Below, piece by piece: positions 18,164 through 28,476 of a stretch of 64,000 bases of DNA. Source of the DNA: Lentimicrobiaceae bacterium (GTDB lineage: Bacteria > Bacteroidota > Bacteroidia > Bacteroidales > UBA4417). The position numbers and the translations under genes are program-made. Under the pieces are notes generated by a model, which searched no databases, was not told where the DNA came from, and saw only the letters and a list, made by a program, of their open reading frames with translations. Numbering within the stretch: the first letter of the stretch is position 1; each line of letters opens with the position of its first letter. The DNA is taken from NCBI GenBank assembly GCA_028697555.1, contig JAQVEX010000002.1:11677-75676 (forward strand), in the 5' to 3' direction.

Positions 18164-20296
18164 CTATTCGTCGTCTTTTTCTTCTTCTTCGTATGCTTTA
18201 AGCAATTCTGTTTGAATATCGGCAGGAACTTGGTTGTAGTCGCTAAATTTAAGCGTGTAAGTACCACTACCCGATGTAATTGAACTAAGAGCAGTTGAGT
18301 ATTTGTTCAATTCTTTCAAAGGAACTTTTGCTTTAATAATTTGGTATCTGCCTTCGCTGTCCATACCCATAATAACGGCTCTACGTCCTTGCAAGTCGGT
18401 CATTATATCGCCCATTCTGTCGGCTGGAACCATAACTTCTACGTCGTAAATCGGTTCAAGAATTTTTGGTCCGGCGTTTCTAAAGGCTTCTCTAAATGCA
18501 TTACGTCCGGCAAGTTTAAATGCCATTTCGTTTGAGTCAACGGGGTGCATTTTACCATCGTAAATATTGACAACAATATCTCTTGCGTATGAACCTGTTA
18601 GTGGTCCTTCTTCCATTCTTTCCATTATACCTTTTAGAATAGCAGGCATAAATCTGGCATCAATGGTACCTCCAACAATACAGTTGTTAAACACAAGTTT
18701 ACCGCCCCAAGGTAATTGATGTTCTTCGGTTCCACGAATTGGGAATTCGCTTTGCATTTTCATTCCTGGGGTGTATGGCTCAATAAGCATGTGAACTTCG
18801 CCAAACTGACCTGCACCACCTGATTGTTTTTTGTGGCGATACATTGATTTTGCCGATTTGGTAATAGTTTCGCGATATGGAATTTTTGGAGTTAAAAACT
18901 CAACAGGTATTTTGTCGATATTTTCAATATTCCATTTAACTGTATTTATATGAAGCTCGCCCTGACCTTTTATCAAAATTTGTTTCAACTCTTTAGAGTA
19001 TTCAACTAAAAGTGTCGGGTCGGTTTTGCTAATATCACTTAATCTAGCACCCAATTTTTCGTCATCACTTGTGTTTTGGGCTTTTATAGCCATTGTGATT
19101 TTAGGTTCCGGATAAACAATAGGCTCTAACTGTGTTCCTTCAGCTTTTGCCGAAGCCAATGTATCGCCTGTTTTGGTATTTTTTAGTTTAATTGTTGCAG
19201 CAATATCGCCGGCTGAAACTTTCTCTAATTTTTCGCGTTTTCTGCCCGCAACTGCGTACAACTGCGACATTCTTTCTTTTCCTGAGTTGGTCGAATTGAC
19301 AAGGTCTATAGATTCGGTAATATCGCCCGAAAAAACTTTAAAGAAAACAATTTCGCCTAAGTGCTCTTCGGTAGCTGTTTTAAATACAAAAGTTATAGGT
19401 TGTTCGGTTGAGCTACATTTTATTTCGTTTCCTTTTGTGTCTTTAGCAGCAGGAACTTCATCGGGAGCTGGACATGTTTGAGTAATAAACTCCATTATGC
19501 GGTTAATACCTTTATTTTGCTTCGATGAAGAACAGAAAACGGGATAAAAACTTCTGTTAATCAAACCGACTTTCAAGCCTTTTTCTAATTCTTCGGTTGT
19601 CAAAGTACCGTTTTCAAAGAAAGTTTCCATAAGGTGTTCGTCGCTTTCGGCAGCTTTTTCAATAAGCTCATTGTGCAACTCTTCAGCTTTAGCTTTGTGG
19701 TTATCGGGTATATCTACCAAAGTTTGTTTACCGTTATCGTCAAACTTAATCATTTTCATGAGCAAAACATCAATAACAGCATCAAAGTTATGACCGTCAG
19801 AAGCTGGGAATTGTATAATTGTAACTCCGCCTCCAAATTCGTTTTTAAGCTGACGTACAGTTTCTTCGTAGTTGGCTTTTTCGTGTCCCAACTGATTTAC
19901 AACAAACATTACGGGTTTGTTGGTTTTGTTGGTGTTACGCATTGCTATTTCAGTTCCGACCTCAACACCATTTTGAGAGTTAACTGCAATTAAAGCAGTA
20001 TCGGCAACTTTCAAAGCTCCCATTACTTCACCAACGTAGTCGTCGAAACCCGGACAGTCGATAATATTTATTTTTTTACCGTTAAATTCGCTGAAAAGTA
20101 CTGTAGAATAAACAGAGTTTTCACGTTCCAACTCTATTTCTCTGTAGTCCGAAACGGTGTTCTTATCTTCTATTGTTCCTCTTCTGTTAATAACGCCACC
20201 TTCAAATAACATGGCTTCGCTAATTGTTGTCTTGCCCGATTTGGCACCGCCTATAATAGCTATATTTCTAATTTCGCTTGTTTTGTAGACCTTCAT
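18164..20296 (-). CDS. Elongation factor G paralog (EF-G2-like) lacking the catalytic histidine
   Basis: 710-aa five-domain EF-G architecture with P-loop GGAKSGKT. The G3 motif reads DCPGF (F84, codon 20045-20047) instead of DTPGH. The gene is not in a str operon. Confidence 0.8.
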   Translation of the reverse strand: MKVYKTSEIRNIAIIGGAKSGKTTISEAMLFEGGVINRRGTIEDKNTVSDYREIELERENSVYSTVLFSEFNGKKINIIDCPGFDDYVGEVMGALKVADTALIAVNSQNGVEVGTEIAMRNTNKTNKPVMFVVNQLGHEKANYEETVRQLKNEFGGGVTIIQFPASDGHNFDAVIDVLLMKMIKFDDNGKQTLVDIPDNHKAKAEELHNELIEKAAESDEHLMETFFENGTLTTEELEKGLKVGLINRSFYPVFCSSSKQNKGINRIMEFITQTCPAPDEVPAAKDTKGNEIKCSSTEQPITFVFKTATEEHLGEIVFFKVFSGDITESIDLVNSTNSGKERMSQLYAVAGRKREKLEKVSAGDIAATIKLKNTKTGDTLASAKAEGTQLEPIVYPEPKITMAIKAQNTSDDEKLGARLSDISKTDPTLLVEYSKELKQILIKGQGELHINTVKWNIENIDKIPVEFLTPKIPYRETITKSAKSMYRHKKQSGGAGQFGEVHMLIEPYTPGMKMQSEFPIRGTEEHQLPWGGKLVFNNCIVGGTIDARFMPAILKGIMERMEEGPLTGSYARDIVVNIYDGKMHPVDSNEMAFKLAGRNAFREAFRNAGPKILEPIYDVEVMVPADRMGDIMTDLQGRRAVIMGMDSEGRYQIIKAKVPLKELNKYSTALSSITSGSGTYTLKFSDYNQVPADIQTELLKAYEEEEKDDE

Positions 20297-20340
20297 TTTT
20301 TGTTATATATGATTGATTAAAAATTAATTAAAAATGGGTG

Positions 20341-20348
20341 CAAAGTTA
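20341..20348 (-). promoter_or_regulatory. Bacteroidota -7 promoter box (TAACTTTG) for the EF-G paralog
   Basis: Reverse complement matches TAnnTTTG, about 45 nt upstream of the ATG at 20296. Confidence 0.45.
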
Positions 20349-20514
20349 CAAAATGTATCAATATTTACAATGCTTTATTTTATAAAACTCTAACTTTTGT
20401 TGTTTTTATCATTTTTAAAACCACCGTATAGCCTTAATTTTATTGCGCTTTTAGATGTATATTAATTTTTTAAAAATAAAATAAAAAATTACATCTGTAA
20501 GCAGGTTTTTGTAG

Positions 20515-20522
20515 TACATTTG
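20515..20522 (+). promoter_or_regulatory. Bacteroidota -7 promoter box (TACATTTG) for pfkA
   Basis: TAnnTTTG match 26 nt upstream of the ATG. Confidence 0.45.
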
Positions 20523-20547
20523 TACACATAAAAAATCAGTAATAACA

Positions 20548-21552
20548 ATGAAAATAGGAATATTAACAGCCGGTGGCGATTGTCCCGGAATAAATGCCGC
20601 AATTAGAGGGGTTTGCAAAACGGCAATATCTACATATGGTATGAAAGTGTTGGGTTTTTCTTCGGGTTACCGAGGCTTAATCGAAAAAAACTATCAGGAA
20701 CTTAAAGAAGAGCAACTTTCGGGTATACTTACCTTAGGAGGTACGATATTGGGCACTAGCAGAGATAAACCTTTCCAAAGCGGCTCAAAAGAAAGTGTTA
20801 AGCTTATAAAAAAGAATTACAAAGATTTGGGTTTGAAGGCTCTTGTTGTGATAGGTGGCAATGGCACTCAAAAGACTGCTTCGCAATTAGCCGATGAAGG
20901 CTTAAACATTATAGGTATTCCCAAAACTATTGATAATGATGTTTATGGAACCGATGTTTCTTTTGGCTTCGATTCAGCCGTTATGATTGCTACCGAAGCA
21001 ATTGACAGACTGCATACTACTGCCAACTCGCATAACAGAATTATGGTTATTGAGCTTATGGGACACCATGCAGGTTGGATTTCTTTGTATTCGGGCGTCG
21101 CAGGTGGAGGCGATGTTATTCTTATTCCTGAAATACCTTACGATATTAAAAATATTTCCAAATATCTGAAACAGAGAATTAAAGAAGATAAAAAATATTC
21201 TATAGTTGTTGTCGCCGAAGGAATTGAAAAGCCCGAAGACGAGTACGCAGCATCGTATATATCTAATATGATACAAAAAGAAGTTGGGATTGAAACCCGA
21301 AAAACCATTTTAGGCTATATACAAAGAGGTGGTACTCCTTCGCCTATGGATAGGATATTAGCTACCGAATTCGGCTCTCATACTGCAGACCTTATTGCTC
21401 AGCAAAAATTTGGAGTAATGGTTTGCAAAAACGGCAATAACATTGAGTCTATTCCACTTAGCGAAGTTGGCGGAAAGATAAAACTCGTTTCCCCCGACAA
21501 TCCTTTGATAGAAAAATCTAGAAAAATGGGCATTTGCTTTGGCGATTCATAG
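20548..21552 (+). CDS. pfkA: 6-phosphofructokinase
   Basis: 334 aa with N-terminal GILTAGGDCPGINAAIRG plus the PKTIDND and MGHHAG motifs. Confidence 0.9.
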   Translation: MKIGILTAGGDCPGINAAIRGVCKTAISTYGMKVLGFSSGYRGLIEKNYQELKEEQLSGILTLGGTILGTSRDKPFQSGSKESVKLIKKNYKDLGLKALVVIGGNGTQKTASQLADEGLNIIGIPKTIDNDVYGTDVSFGFDSAVMIATEAIDRLHTTANSHNRIMVIELMGHHAGWISLYSGVAGGGDVILIPEIPYDIKNISKYLKQRIKEDKKYSIVVVAEGIEKPEDEYAASYISNMIQKEVGIETRKTILGYIQRGGTPSPMDRILATEFGSHTADLIAQQKFGVMVCKNGNNIESIPLSEVGGKIKLVSPDNPLIEKSRKMGICFGDS

Positions 21553-21632
21553 TCGATAAAAAGCTGAAAAGTTAAGATTTCCAAATTTACATTCGTAATT
21601 TTTAATTACAATACTTGTTAGTGCGATTTTTG

Positions 21633-21640
21633 TATTTTTG
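21633..21640 (+). promoter_or_regulatory. Bacteroidota -7 promoter box (TATTTTTG) for the suf operon
   Basis: TAnnTTTG match 65 nt upstream of the sufB ATG. Confidence 0.4.
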
Positions 21641-21704
21641 CGAAAAAATTGAACAAACTTGTTTGGTTTTAAACGTTATAGTACGATAATAATAGAAGAA
21701 TAAA

Positions 21705-23153
21705 ATGGACAACGAACCAAATAAAATAATAAAAGATTTTACCAAAAGCGACTATAAATACGGGTTCTACACCGATATTGAAATGGAAACAGCCGAAGTT
21801 GGTCTTAATGAGGATACAATAAGGTTTATTTCGGCAAAGAAAAACGAACCCGAATGGTTGTTGGAATTCAGACTTAAGGCTTACCGAAAATGGCTCACAA
21901 TGGAAATTCCCAATTGGGCTCATTTGGAAATACCCGAAATTGATTTTAACGATATAATTTATTACGCTGCACCAAAAAGGAAACCCGAACTTGAAAGTCT
22001 TGACGAGGTTGACCCCGAACTTATTGAAACCTTTAACAAATTGGGCATTTCTCTTGAAGAACAAAAACGCCTTACAGGCGTTGCTGTCGATGCTGTCATC
22101 GATAGTGTTTCTGTTAAGACCACATTTTCCGAAACATTGAGCAAATATGGAATTATTTTCTGCTCTTTTAGCGAAGCCGTACAAAATCACCCCGAATTAG
22201 TGAAAAGATATATGGGCAGCGTTGTACCGCCCAGCGATAACTTTTTTGCAGCCCTAAATTCGGCTGTATTCAGCGATGGTTCTTTTTGCTACATTCCAAA
22301 GGGTGTGAGATGTCCGGTTGAGCTATCCACATATTTTAGGATTAATGCAGCAAATACCGGTCAGTTTGAGCGTACGCTAATTATCGCTGACGAAGGCTCT
22401 TACGTTAGCTACATGGAAGGCTGTACAGCTCCTATGAGAGACGAAAATCAGCTTCATGCGGCTATTGTCGAAATTATTGCTTTGAAGGATGCCGAAGTCA
22501 AGTACAGCACGGTTCAAAATTGGTACCCGGGCGATAGTGAAGGTAAGGGCGGAATTTACAACTTTGTTACAAAACGTGGTATTTGCAAAGGAAGTCATTC
22601 AAAAATATCGTGGACTCAAGTTGAAACGGGCTCGGCGATTACTTGGAAGTATCCAAGCGTAATTCTTGCAGGCGATAATTCAGTCGGCGAGTTTTATTCG
22701 GTGGCAGTTACAAATAATTATCAGCAAGCCGACACTGGAACAAAAATGATTCATCACGGGAAAAATACCAGCAGCACCATTATTTCAAAAGGTATATCAG
22801 CCGGAAGAAGTAATAACAGCTATCGAGGATTGGTAAGCATAAACAAGCGAGCAGAAAATGCCAGAAACTTTTCGCAATGCGATTCGTTGTTGCTCGGCGA
22901 TAAATGCGGTGCTCATACTTTTCCGTACATAAAAGTCGAAAATACAAGTTCAATAGTTGAACACGAAGCAACTACATCTAAAATATCCGAAGAACAGCTT
23001 TTCTATTGTCAGCAAAGAGGTATTGACATGGAAAATGCAATAGGTCTTATTGTAAACGGCTACGCCAAAGAGATTTTCAAAAAACTTCCTATGGAGTTTG
23101 CTGTTGAGGCACATAAGCTACTTTCAATTTCTTTGGAGGGAAGTGTAGGATAA
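21705..23153 (+). CDS. sufB: Fe-S cluster assembly scaffold SufB
   Basis: 482 aa, conserved SufB along its full length. First gene of the sufBCDS cluster. Confidence 0.95.
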   Translation: MDNEPNKIIKDFTKSDYKYGFYTDIEMETAEVGLNEDTIRFISAKKNEPEWLLEFRLKAYRKWLTMEIPNWAHLEIPEIDFNDIIYYAAPKRKPELESLDEVDPELIETFNKLGISLEEQKRLTGVAVDAVIDSVSVKTTFSETLSKYGIIFCSFSEAVQNHPELVKRYMGSVVPPSDNFFAALNSAVFSDGSFCYIPKGVRCPVELSTYFRINAANTGQFERTLIIADEGSYVSYMEGCTAPMRDENQLHAAIVEIIALKDAEVKYSTVQNWYPGDSEGKGGIYNFVTKRGICKGSHSKISWTQVETGSAITWKYPSVILAGDNSVGEFYSVAVTNNYQQADTGTKMIHHGKNTSSTIISKGISAGRSNNSYRGLVSINKRAENARNFSQCDSLLLGDKCGAHTFPYIKVENTSSIVEHEATTSKISEEQLFYCQQRGIDMENAIGLIVNGYAKEIFKKLPMEFAVEAHKLLSISLEGSVG

Positions 23154-23187
23154 TCAAATTAATAATAAATTTCACCAAAATTATAAT

Positions 23188-23937
23188 ATGTTAAGTATCA
23201 GAAATTTAAAAGTATCAGTTCAAGATAAAGTAATATTAAAAGATATAAATTTGGACATAAAACCCGGCGAAGTACACGCTTTGATGGGTCCTAACGGTAC
23301 CGGAAAAAGTACTTTGGCTTACGTACTTGCAGGCAGAGAAGGCTACAAGGTGGAAACCGGTTCAGTCATATACAACGGCAAAGACCTTTTGGAACTTTCT
23401 GTTGAAGAAAGAGCTTGCGAAGGTATTTTCTTAGGATTTCAGTATCCTGTTGAAATACCCGGCGTTTCTATGCTGAATTTTTTGCGTACAGCCATCAACG
23501 AACAACGTAAATATAAAGGAATAGACCCAATTTCTGCAAAGGATTTTATGGCTAAAGTTGAAGAAAAAAAGAAATTGGTAGAAATTACCGAAAAAATGAG
23601 CAATCGTTCGGTAAATGAAGGTTTTTCGGGAGGTGAAAAAAAGAAAAACGAAATTTTCCAAATGGCTATGCTTGAACCTAAATTGGCAATTTTAGACGAA
23701 ACCGACTCGGGACTTGATATAGATGCACTAAGAATTGTCGCCAACGGAGTTAATCAGCTTAAACGACCCGACAATGCGGCTTTGGTCATCACTCACTATC
23801 AACGACTTTTAGAGTACATTATTCCCGATAAAGTGCACATTTTATTCGACGGCAAAATAGTTAAATCCGGTGGAAAAGAACTTGCTCTTGTGTTGGAAGA
23901 GAAAGGGTACGACTGGATTAAAAATGAAACAAATTAA
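23188..23937 (+). CDS. sufC: Fe-S cluster assembly ATPase SufC
   Basis: 249-aa ABC ATPase with Walker A GPNGTGKST and signature FSGGEKK. Confidence 0.95.
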   Translation: MLSIRNLKVSVQDKVILKDINLDIKPGEVHALMGPNGTGKSTLAYVLAGREGYKVETGSVIYNGKDLLELSVEERACEGIFLGFQYPVEIPGVSMLNFLRTAINEQRKYKGIDPISAKDFMAKVEEKKKLVEITEKMSNRSVNEGFSGGEKKKNEIFQMAMLEPKLAILDETDSGLDIDALRIVANGVNQLKRPDNAALVITHYQRLLEYIIPDKVHILFDGKIVKSGGKELALVLEEKGYDWIKNETN

Positions 23938-23958
23938 TACAATTGGAGGTTATTTTTA

Positions 23959-25371
23959 ATGAACGCTACAATTATTAATACTGAATACGATTTGAAAAAC
24001 CGAATTGAGCAGGGTTGGGAGCAAAACAGCGAATTGTTCTTAACGGGTTCAACTCATATCGATGATATGAAAAGAGAGGCAATGGAGGTTTTTCAAAATT
24101 TAGGATTTCCTACAAAAAAATGGGAAAAATGGAGAGAAACCGATTTAAGCATTAGTCTGAGCAAGAAGTATAAATTTTCCCATCAAGAACCTGATAAAAA
24201 CTTCGACCCAAATGAAGTTTTTACCTGCGACGTGCACGGACTTGACCTGCCAAAACTGTTTAAATTCAATGGCTACTTTGTAAGCAACGGTTTTGATATG
24301 CAATTGCCCAAAGGCGTTATTATTTGCAGCTTAAAGCAAGCTTTTGAAAACCACCCGCAACTAATTGCCGATAATTTCAATAAAGCGGAAAATGTTTCCG
24401 ACAGTCCTTTTTACAATCTGAATACGGCTCTTTTTCAAGACGGACTTTTCATCTATATCCCCGACAATATTGACTTTAAACCTACTTTGCAATTAATAGA
24501 TTTGGTTATCGGCAATGAAGGTATGATGATTAATTCCCGAAACCTGATTGTTTTGGGCAAAAACAGCAGTCTATCTATGATATACTGCGAAGAATCGGTG
24601 AATATGCTACCCGGATTTATCAATTCCGTTTCCGAAATTGTTGTCGGCGAAAATAGTACAGTCGATCTTTGTCGTATTTTGAACAAAGATGACGAAACCA
24701 CTGTTGTTAGCTCTATTTACGTAAATCAAAACAGAGACAGCAATTTTACGACTTCTTCGTTTTGTTTTAATGGCGGAACAATTCGCAGCGAAGTGTACAC
24801 CGATTTGAACGGCGAAAATGCCAACACCGATATTTCGGGTTTATATATCATGGGCAAGAGTCATCATATCGACAATCAGGTTGTTGTAAATCACAACAAA
24901 CCACATTGCACGAGCAGCCAGCTATACAAGGGAGTGCTAGACGACCAAGCATCGGGTGTTTTCAACGGATATATATACGTTAAGAAAAACGCATATCAAA
25001 CCAACGGAATGCAAACCAACAGAAATATTTTGCTTTCGGAAAAGGCAAAAATGCACACACGTCCGTTTTTGGAAATTTACAACGATGATGTAAAATGTTC
25101 ACACGGCGCTACAGTAGGGCAGTTAGACCCTATGGCAATGTTTTATTTGAGAACTCGAGGCATAAGTCCCGAAAATGCAAATATTTTACTGCTTTACGCT
25201 TTTGTGGTTGAAGTTGTGAATAAAATAGCCGAACCTATGCTGTTTGCTCAAATTGACGATATGGTTAAAAAGCGCCTCAGAGGCGAGTTGGCAATGTGTA
25301 ACCAATGTGTTTTAAATTGCAGAAAGCACGAAAACGAAAGTAAATTATTACAGTTTTTATCTCAAATGTAG
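23959..25371 (+). CDS. sufD: Fe-S cluster assembly protein SufD
   Basis: 470 aa with a SufB/SufD beta-helix C-terminal region. Sits between sufC and sufS. Confidence 0.88.
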   Translation: MNATIINTEYDLKNRIEQGWEQNSELFLTGSTHIDDMKREAMEVFQNLGFPTKKWEKWRETDLSISLSKKYKFSHQEPDKNFDPNEVFTCDVHGLDLPKLFKFNGYFVSNGFDMQLPKGVIICSLKQAFENHPQLIADNFNKAENVSDSPFYNLNTALFQDGLFIYIPDNIDFKPTLQLIDLVIGNEGMMINSRNLIVLGKNSSLSMIYCEESVNMLPGFINSVSEIVVGENSTVDLCRILNKDDETTVVSSIYVNQNRDSNFTTSSFCFNGGTIRSEVYTDLNGENANTDISGLYIMGKSHHIDNQVVVNHNKPHCTSSQLYKGVLDDQASGVFNGYIYVKKNAYQTNGMQTNRNILLSEKAKMHTRPFLEIYNDDVKCSHGATVGQLDPMAMFYLRTRGISPENANILLLYAFVVEVVNKIAEPMLFAQIDDMVKKRLRGELAMCNQCVLNCRKHENESKLLQFLSQM

Positions 25372-26625
25372 ATGAACGAGCATATAAATAATAAACTTGT
25401 ATCTTATAAAGATAAAATAAAGGCAATTCGCAAGGATTTTCCTATACTTGATATTCGTTTGGATAACAAGCCACTTGTTTATTTCGACAATGCAGCAACA
25501 ACTCAAAAGCCGCAGCAAGTCCTTAACGCAGTTGCCGATTATTACAATACCACCAATTCCAACGTTCATAGAGGTGTGCATAGGCTAAGCAATCAGGCTA
25601 CAACTTTGTTTGAGGAAGCAAGAAAAACAGTCGCCGAGTTTATTAATGCCGGCGAAGCTGAAGAAATTATTTTTACAAGAGGAACAACGGAATCTATAAA
25701 CCTTGTGGCTTGGTCGTTTTGCGAACTTTTTTTGAACCAAGGTGATGAAATAATTGTTTCGGAACTTGACCATCATTCTAATTTTGTGCCATGGCAAATG
25801 GCTTGCAAACGCAAAAAGGCAACTCTGAAATTTATTCCGATATTACCTTCGGGACAATTGGATTTGAACAAATTTGAAGAACTTTTGAGCGAAAAAACCA
25901 AAATAGTTGCCGTTGGTCATGTGTCCAACACTCTCGGCACAATCAACGATATTGAAAGTATTATCGAGTTATCGCATCGCAGAAATATACCCGTTTTTAT
26001 TGACGGAGCTCAAAGTGCACCGCATCTTAAAATTGATGTAAAAAGGTTGGATTGCGATTTCTATGCGTTTTCGGGACACAAAATGTATGCTCCTATGGGT
26101 ATTGGCGTGCTTTACGGCAAAAAAGAAATCTTGCAAAAACTTATCCCTTATCAGTTTGGAGGCGAAATGGTAGAAACAGTCGGCTTTGACGATACTACGT
26201 TTAACCAATTGCCGTACAAGTTTGAAGCAGGCACGCCTAATGTCGGAGGTGCTGTAGGTCTTGAAGCTGCAATCAAATACATCAATTCGATTGATAGAGA
26301 TTTTATTTTCGAATACGAAAATCTGCTAAAAGACTATACAAGCAGGCGTTTAAACCAAATTGAAGACCTTGATTTGCTTGCCAATATTGAGAATAAAGTA
26401 GGTGTTTTTTCTTTCAATGTTAAAAATCAGCATAACTACGATGTTGGCGTACTTTTGGACAACTTCGGCATTTGTGTCAGAACAGGAACGCATTGTACAC
26501 AACCGCTTATGCAAAAACTCAACATATTAGGTACTGTAAGAGCTTCGCTAAGTTTTTATAATACGGTCGAAGAGGTTGATTTCTTTATTGAGTCGTTAAA
26601 AAAAGTCATTTCAATTTTAAAATAA
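25372..26625 (+). CDS. sufS: Cysteine desulfurase SufS (PLP-dependent, class V aminotransferase)
   Basis: 417 aa with SGHKMY (PLP lysine) and the active-site loop RTGTHCTQP. Confidence 0.93.
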   Translation: MNEHINNKLVSYKDKIKAIRKDFPILDIRLDNKPLVYFDNAATTQKPQQVLNAVADYYNTTNSNVHRGVHRLSNQATTLFEEARKTVAEFINAGEAEEIIFTRGTTESINLVAWSFCELFLNQGDEIIVSELDHHSNFVPWQMACKRKKATLKFIPILPSGQLDLNKFEELLSEKTKIVAVGHVSNTLGTINDIESIIELSHRRNIPVFIDGAQSAPHLKIDVKRLDCDFYAFSGHKMYAPMGIGVLYGKKEILQKLIPYQFGGEMVETVGFDDTTFNQLPYKFEAGTPNVGGAVGLEAAIKYINSIDRDFIFEYENLLKDYTSRRLNQIEDLDLLANIENKVGVFSFNVKNQHNYDVGVLLDNFGICVRTGTHCTQPLMQKLNILGTVRASLSFYNTVEEVDFFIESLKKVISILK

Positions 26626-26630
26626 AAACC

Positions 26631-27050
26631 ATGACTATTGAAGATAATATACAGTCGATAAAAGACCAGTTTAGCCAATTTGACGATTGGTTAGATAAAT
26701 ACAATTACCTGATTGAATTAGGGAAAGAGCTTCCTTTGATTGAAACTAAAAACAAAACCGAAGATTATTTGATAAAAGGTTGCCAATCGCGAGTTTGGCT
26801 TTATCCCGAAATAAAAGAAGGTAAACTTTACTTTACCGCAGATTCCGATGCTGTTATAACCAAAGGCTTGGCAGCATTAGTAATTTCGGTATTTTCGGGC
26901 AATCCGCCTGCCGAAATATTTAATGCTCCTACGGATTTTATTAACGAGATTGGTTTAACCGAGCATTTGTCGCCTACGCGTAGCAACGGATTAGTCTCAA
27001 TGCTTAAGCAAATAAAATTATATGCTTTTGCGTTCCAATCGAAAATTTAA
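26631..27050 (+). CDS. sufE: Sulfur acceptor protein SufE
   Basis: 139 aa, SufE family, with the GCQS active-site Cys context. Confidence 0.85.
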   Translation: MTIEDNIQSIKDQFSQFDDWLDKYNYLIELGKELPLIETKNKTEDYLIKGCQSRVWLYPEIKEGKLYFTADSDAVITKGLAALVISVFSGNPPAEIFNAPTDFINEIGLTEHLSPTRSNGLVSMLKQIKLYAFAFQSKI

Positions 27051-27061
27051 CAAGAGTAAAA

Positions 27062-27385
27062 ATGCAAAACGATACCGAAAAAAAAGATTTATACAATAAA
27101 ATAGTATTAACTGTAAAAACCGTTTACGACCCCGAAATGCCTGTTGATATCTGGGAGTTGGGATTGATTTACAAAATTGAAATCAAAGACGATTTTACTG
27201 TTGATATAAAAATGACTTTAACTTCGCCAAATTGTCCCGTAGCTGAGAGTTTACCTGCTGAGGTTTACGAAAAAGTTAAAATGATTGACGGAGTAAAAGA
27301 TGTAAATATTACATTGGTGTTCGAACCATCGTGGAATCAAGATATGATAAGCGATGAAGGACTTTTGGAGTTGGGTTTGCTTTAG
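27062..27385 (+). CDS. sufT: SUF-associated DUF59 (MIP18/SufT-like) Fe-S assembly protein
   Basis: 107 aa with the motifs VYDPE.P..I.ELGL and TLTSPNCP. Confidence 0.8.
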   Translation: MQNDTEKKDLYNKIVLTVKTVYDPEMPVDIWELGLIYKIEIKDDFTVDIKMTLTSPNCPVAESLPAEVYEKVKMIDGVKDVNITLVFEPSWNQDMISDEGLLELGLL

Positions 27386-27386
27386 A
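27336..27386 (+). repeat. Direct repeat copy A (3' end of sufT including its stop codon)
   Basis: 46/51 identical to 28477-28527, aligned base by base. Confidence 0.9.
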
Positions 27387-27399
27387 CTAACCCTACAAA

Positions 27400-28293
27400 T
27401 TAAATCACCACTATTTTTTTAACAACAAATTGGTTGTTTTTTAGCGTAACCCGCACAAACAGAACACCTTTTGCTTTAATATTGTCAATTGTGGCAAAGT
27501 CTCCATTAATATCAGTTTTTGAGCATATTTGTTTACCATTCATATCAAAAACATCAACTCTTTTAATGTCCGCACTTGTGTTTATTCTGATATGACCGGT
27601 GCTTGGGTTAGGCGAAATATCAATTTTATTTACCGTTTGTTCCGACAACCCCATATAGTCCATCGTAGAGGGTTCAAAGATGTAATATGGCTTATTGAAA
27701 ATATCGTAATGCACTCTTATATATCCTGTAGTTACAACCGAGTCGAATAAATGATAAAATTTGCCACCAACAGGAATACTATCGTATCCTTCTCCTATAA
27801 AACCAAACCAATAATCATTAATGGTCAAAACATAATAGGTTTCGTCAGCCAACAACTGCCACACCATTCCTGGTAGAACAGGATACGTAGTACCGGGATT
27901 ACCCGAAGGAACTATCACTCCTTCTAAGGTAACATTTTCGGGAGGTGGTGCAAGTTTTTCTATACTTGTTAATTCTATTTCGTAGTAATCTTCGGATTGG
28001 CAATCTTGCTTAACGCTTATTGTACCAATAGCTTTAACACTGTCGTTAATTAAGTAGGTAGTGCCAAAATATTCCAAACCGGCATGTTCGCCATTAATAG
28101 TAGTTATATAGTTTATGTTATTGTAACGTACGGCATAAACCAGATTGTGAAGTGTAGGTATGCTTTCAGGTGGACATGGTCGTGTAGTTATTTTGCCGTA
28201 TATAGTGTCGTAATTTTGCGAATGTAAGCCACCAGTAAAAAACAAAACTACAAACACTAGCAGTATTAATTGTTTTTTGTTATTGTAAATCAT
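27400..28293 (-). CDS. Secreted protein with a T9SS type-A C-terminal sorting domain; function unknown
   Basis: 297 aa with a signal peptide. The C-terminal roughly 75 aa (ISPNPSTGHIRI...GVLFVRVTL...KKIVVI) fit the Por secretion-tail pattern. Confidence 0.65.
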   Translation of the reverse strand: MIYNNKKQLILLVFVVLFFTGGLHSQNYDTIYGKITTRPCPPESIPTLHNLVYAVRYNNINYITTINGEHAGLEYFGTTYLINDSVKAIGTISVKQDCQSEDYYEIELTSIEKLAPPPENVTLEGVIVPSGNPGTTYPVLPGMVWQLLADETYYVLTINDYWFGFIGEGYDSIPVGGKFYHLFDSVVTTGYIRVHYDIFNKPYYIFEPSTMDYMGLSEQTVNKIDISPNPSTGHIRINTSADIKRVDVFDMNGKQICSKTDINGDFATIDNIKAKGVLFVRVTLKNNQFVVKKIVVI

Positions 28294-28367
28294 AATGTTT
28301 AATTTTTAAGGTTATTAATTCTATTATTGTAAATACAATTTGTTAGAACAATGAAACTGAATGACTT

Positions 28368-28375
28368 CAAAATTA
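28368..28375 (-). promoter_or_regulatory. Possible -7 promoter box (TAATTTTG) for the T9SS cargo gene
   Basis: Reverse complement matches TAnnTTTG, 75 nt upstream of the ATG at 28293. Confidence 0.3.
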
Positions 28376-28406
28376 AAAAATATTTACAAATAATTATTAA
28401 AAAAAT

Positions 28407-28414
28407 CCCCCCCC
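28407..28414. repeat. Homopolymeric C8 tract (G8 on the strand of the downstream cargo gene)
   Basis: Read directly from the sequence. Unusual in an AT-rich intergenic region. Lies 114 bp upstream of the start at 28293. Confidence 0.9.
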
Positions 28415-28476
28415 ATAAATTAACAAAAATTAACAAAAAATGCTGTGCTTTTACGCAGGTTAGTTATCAACATAGT

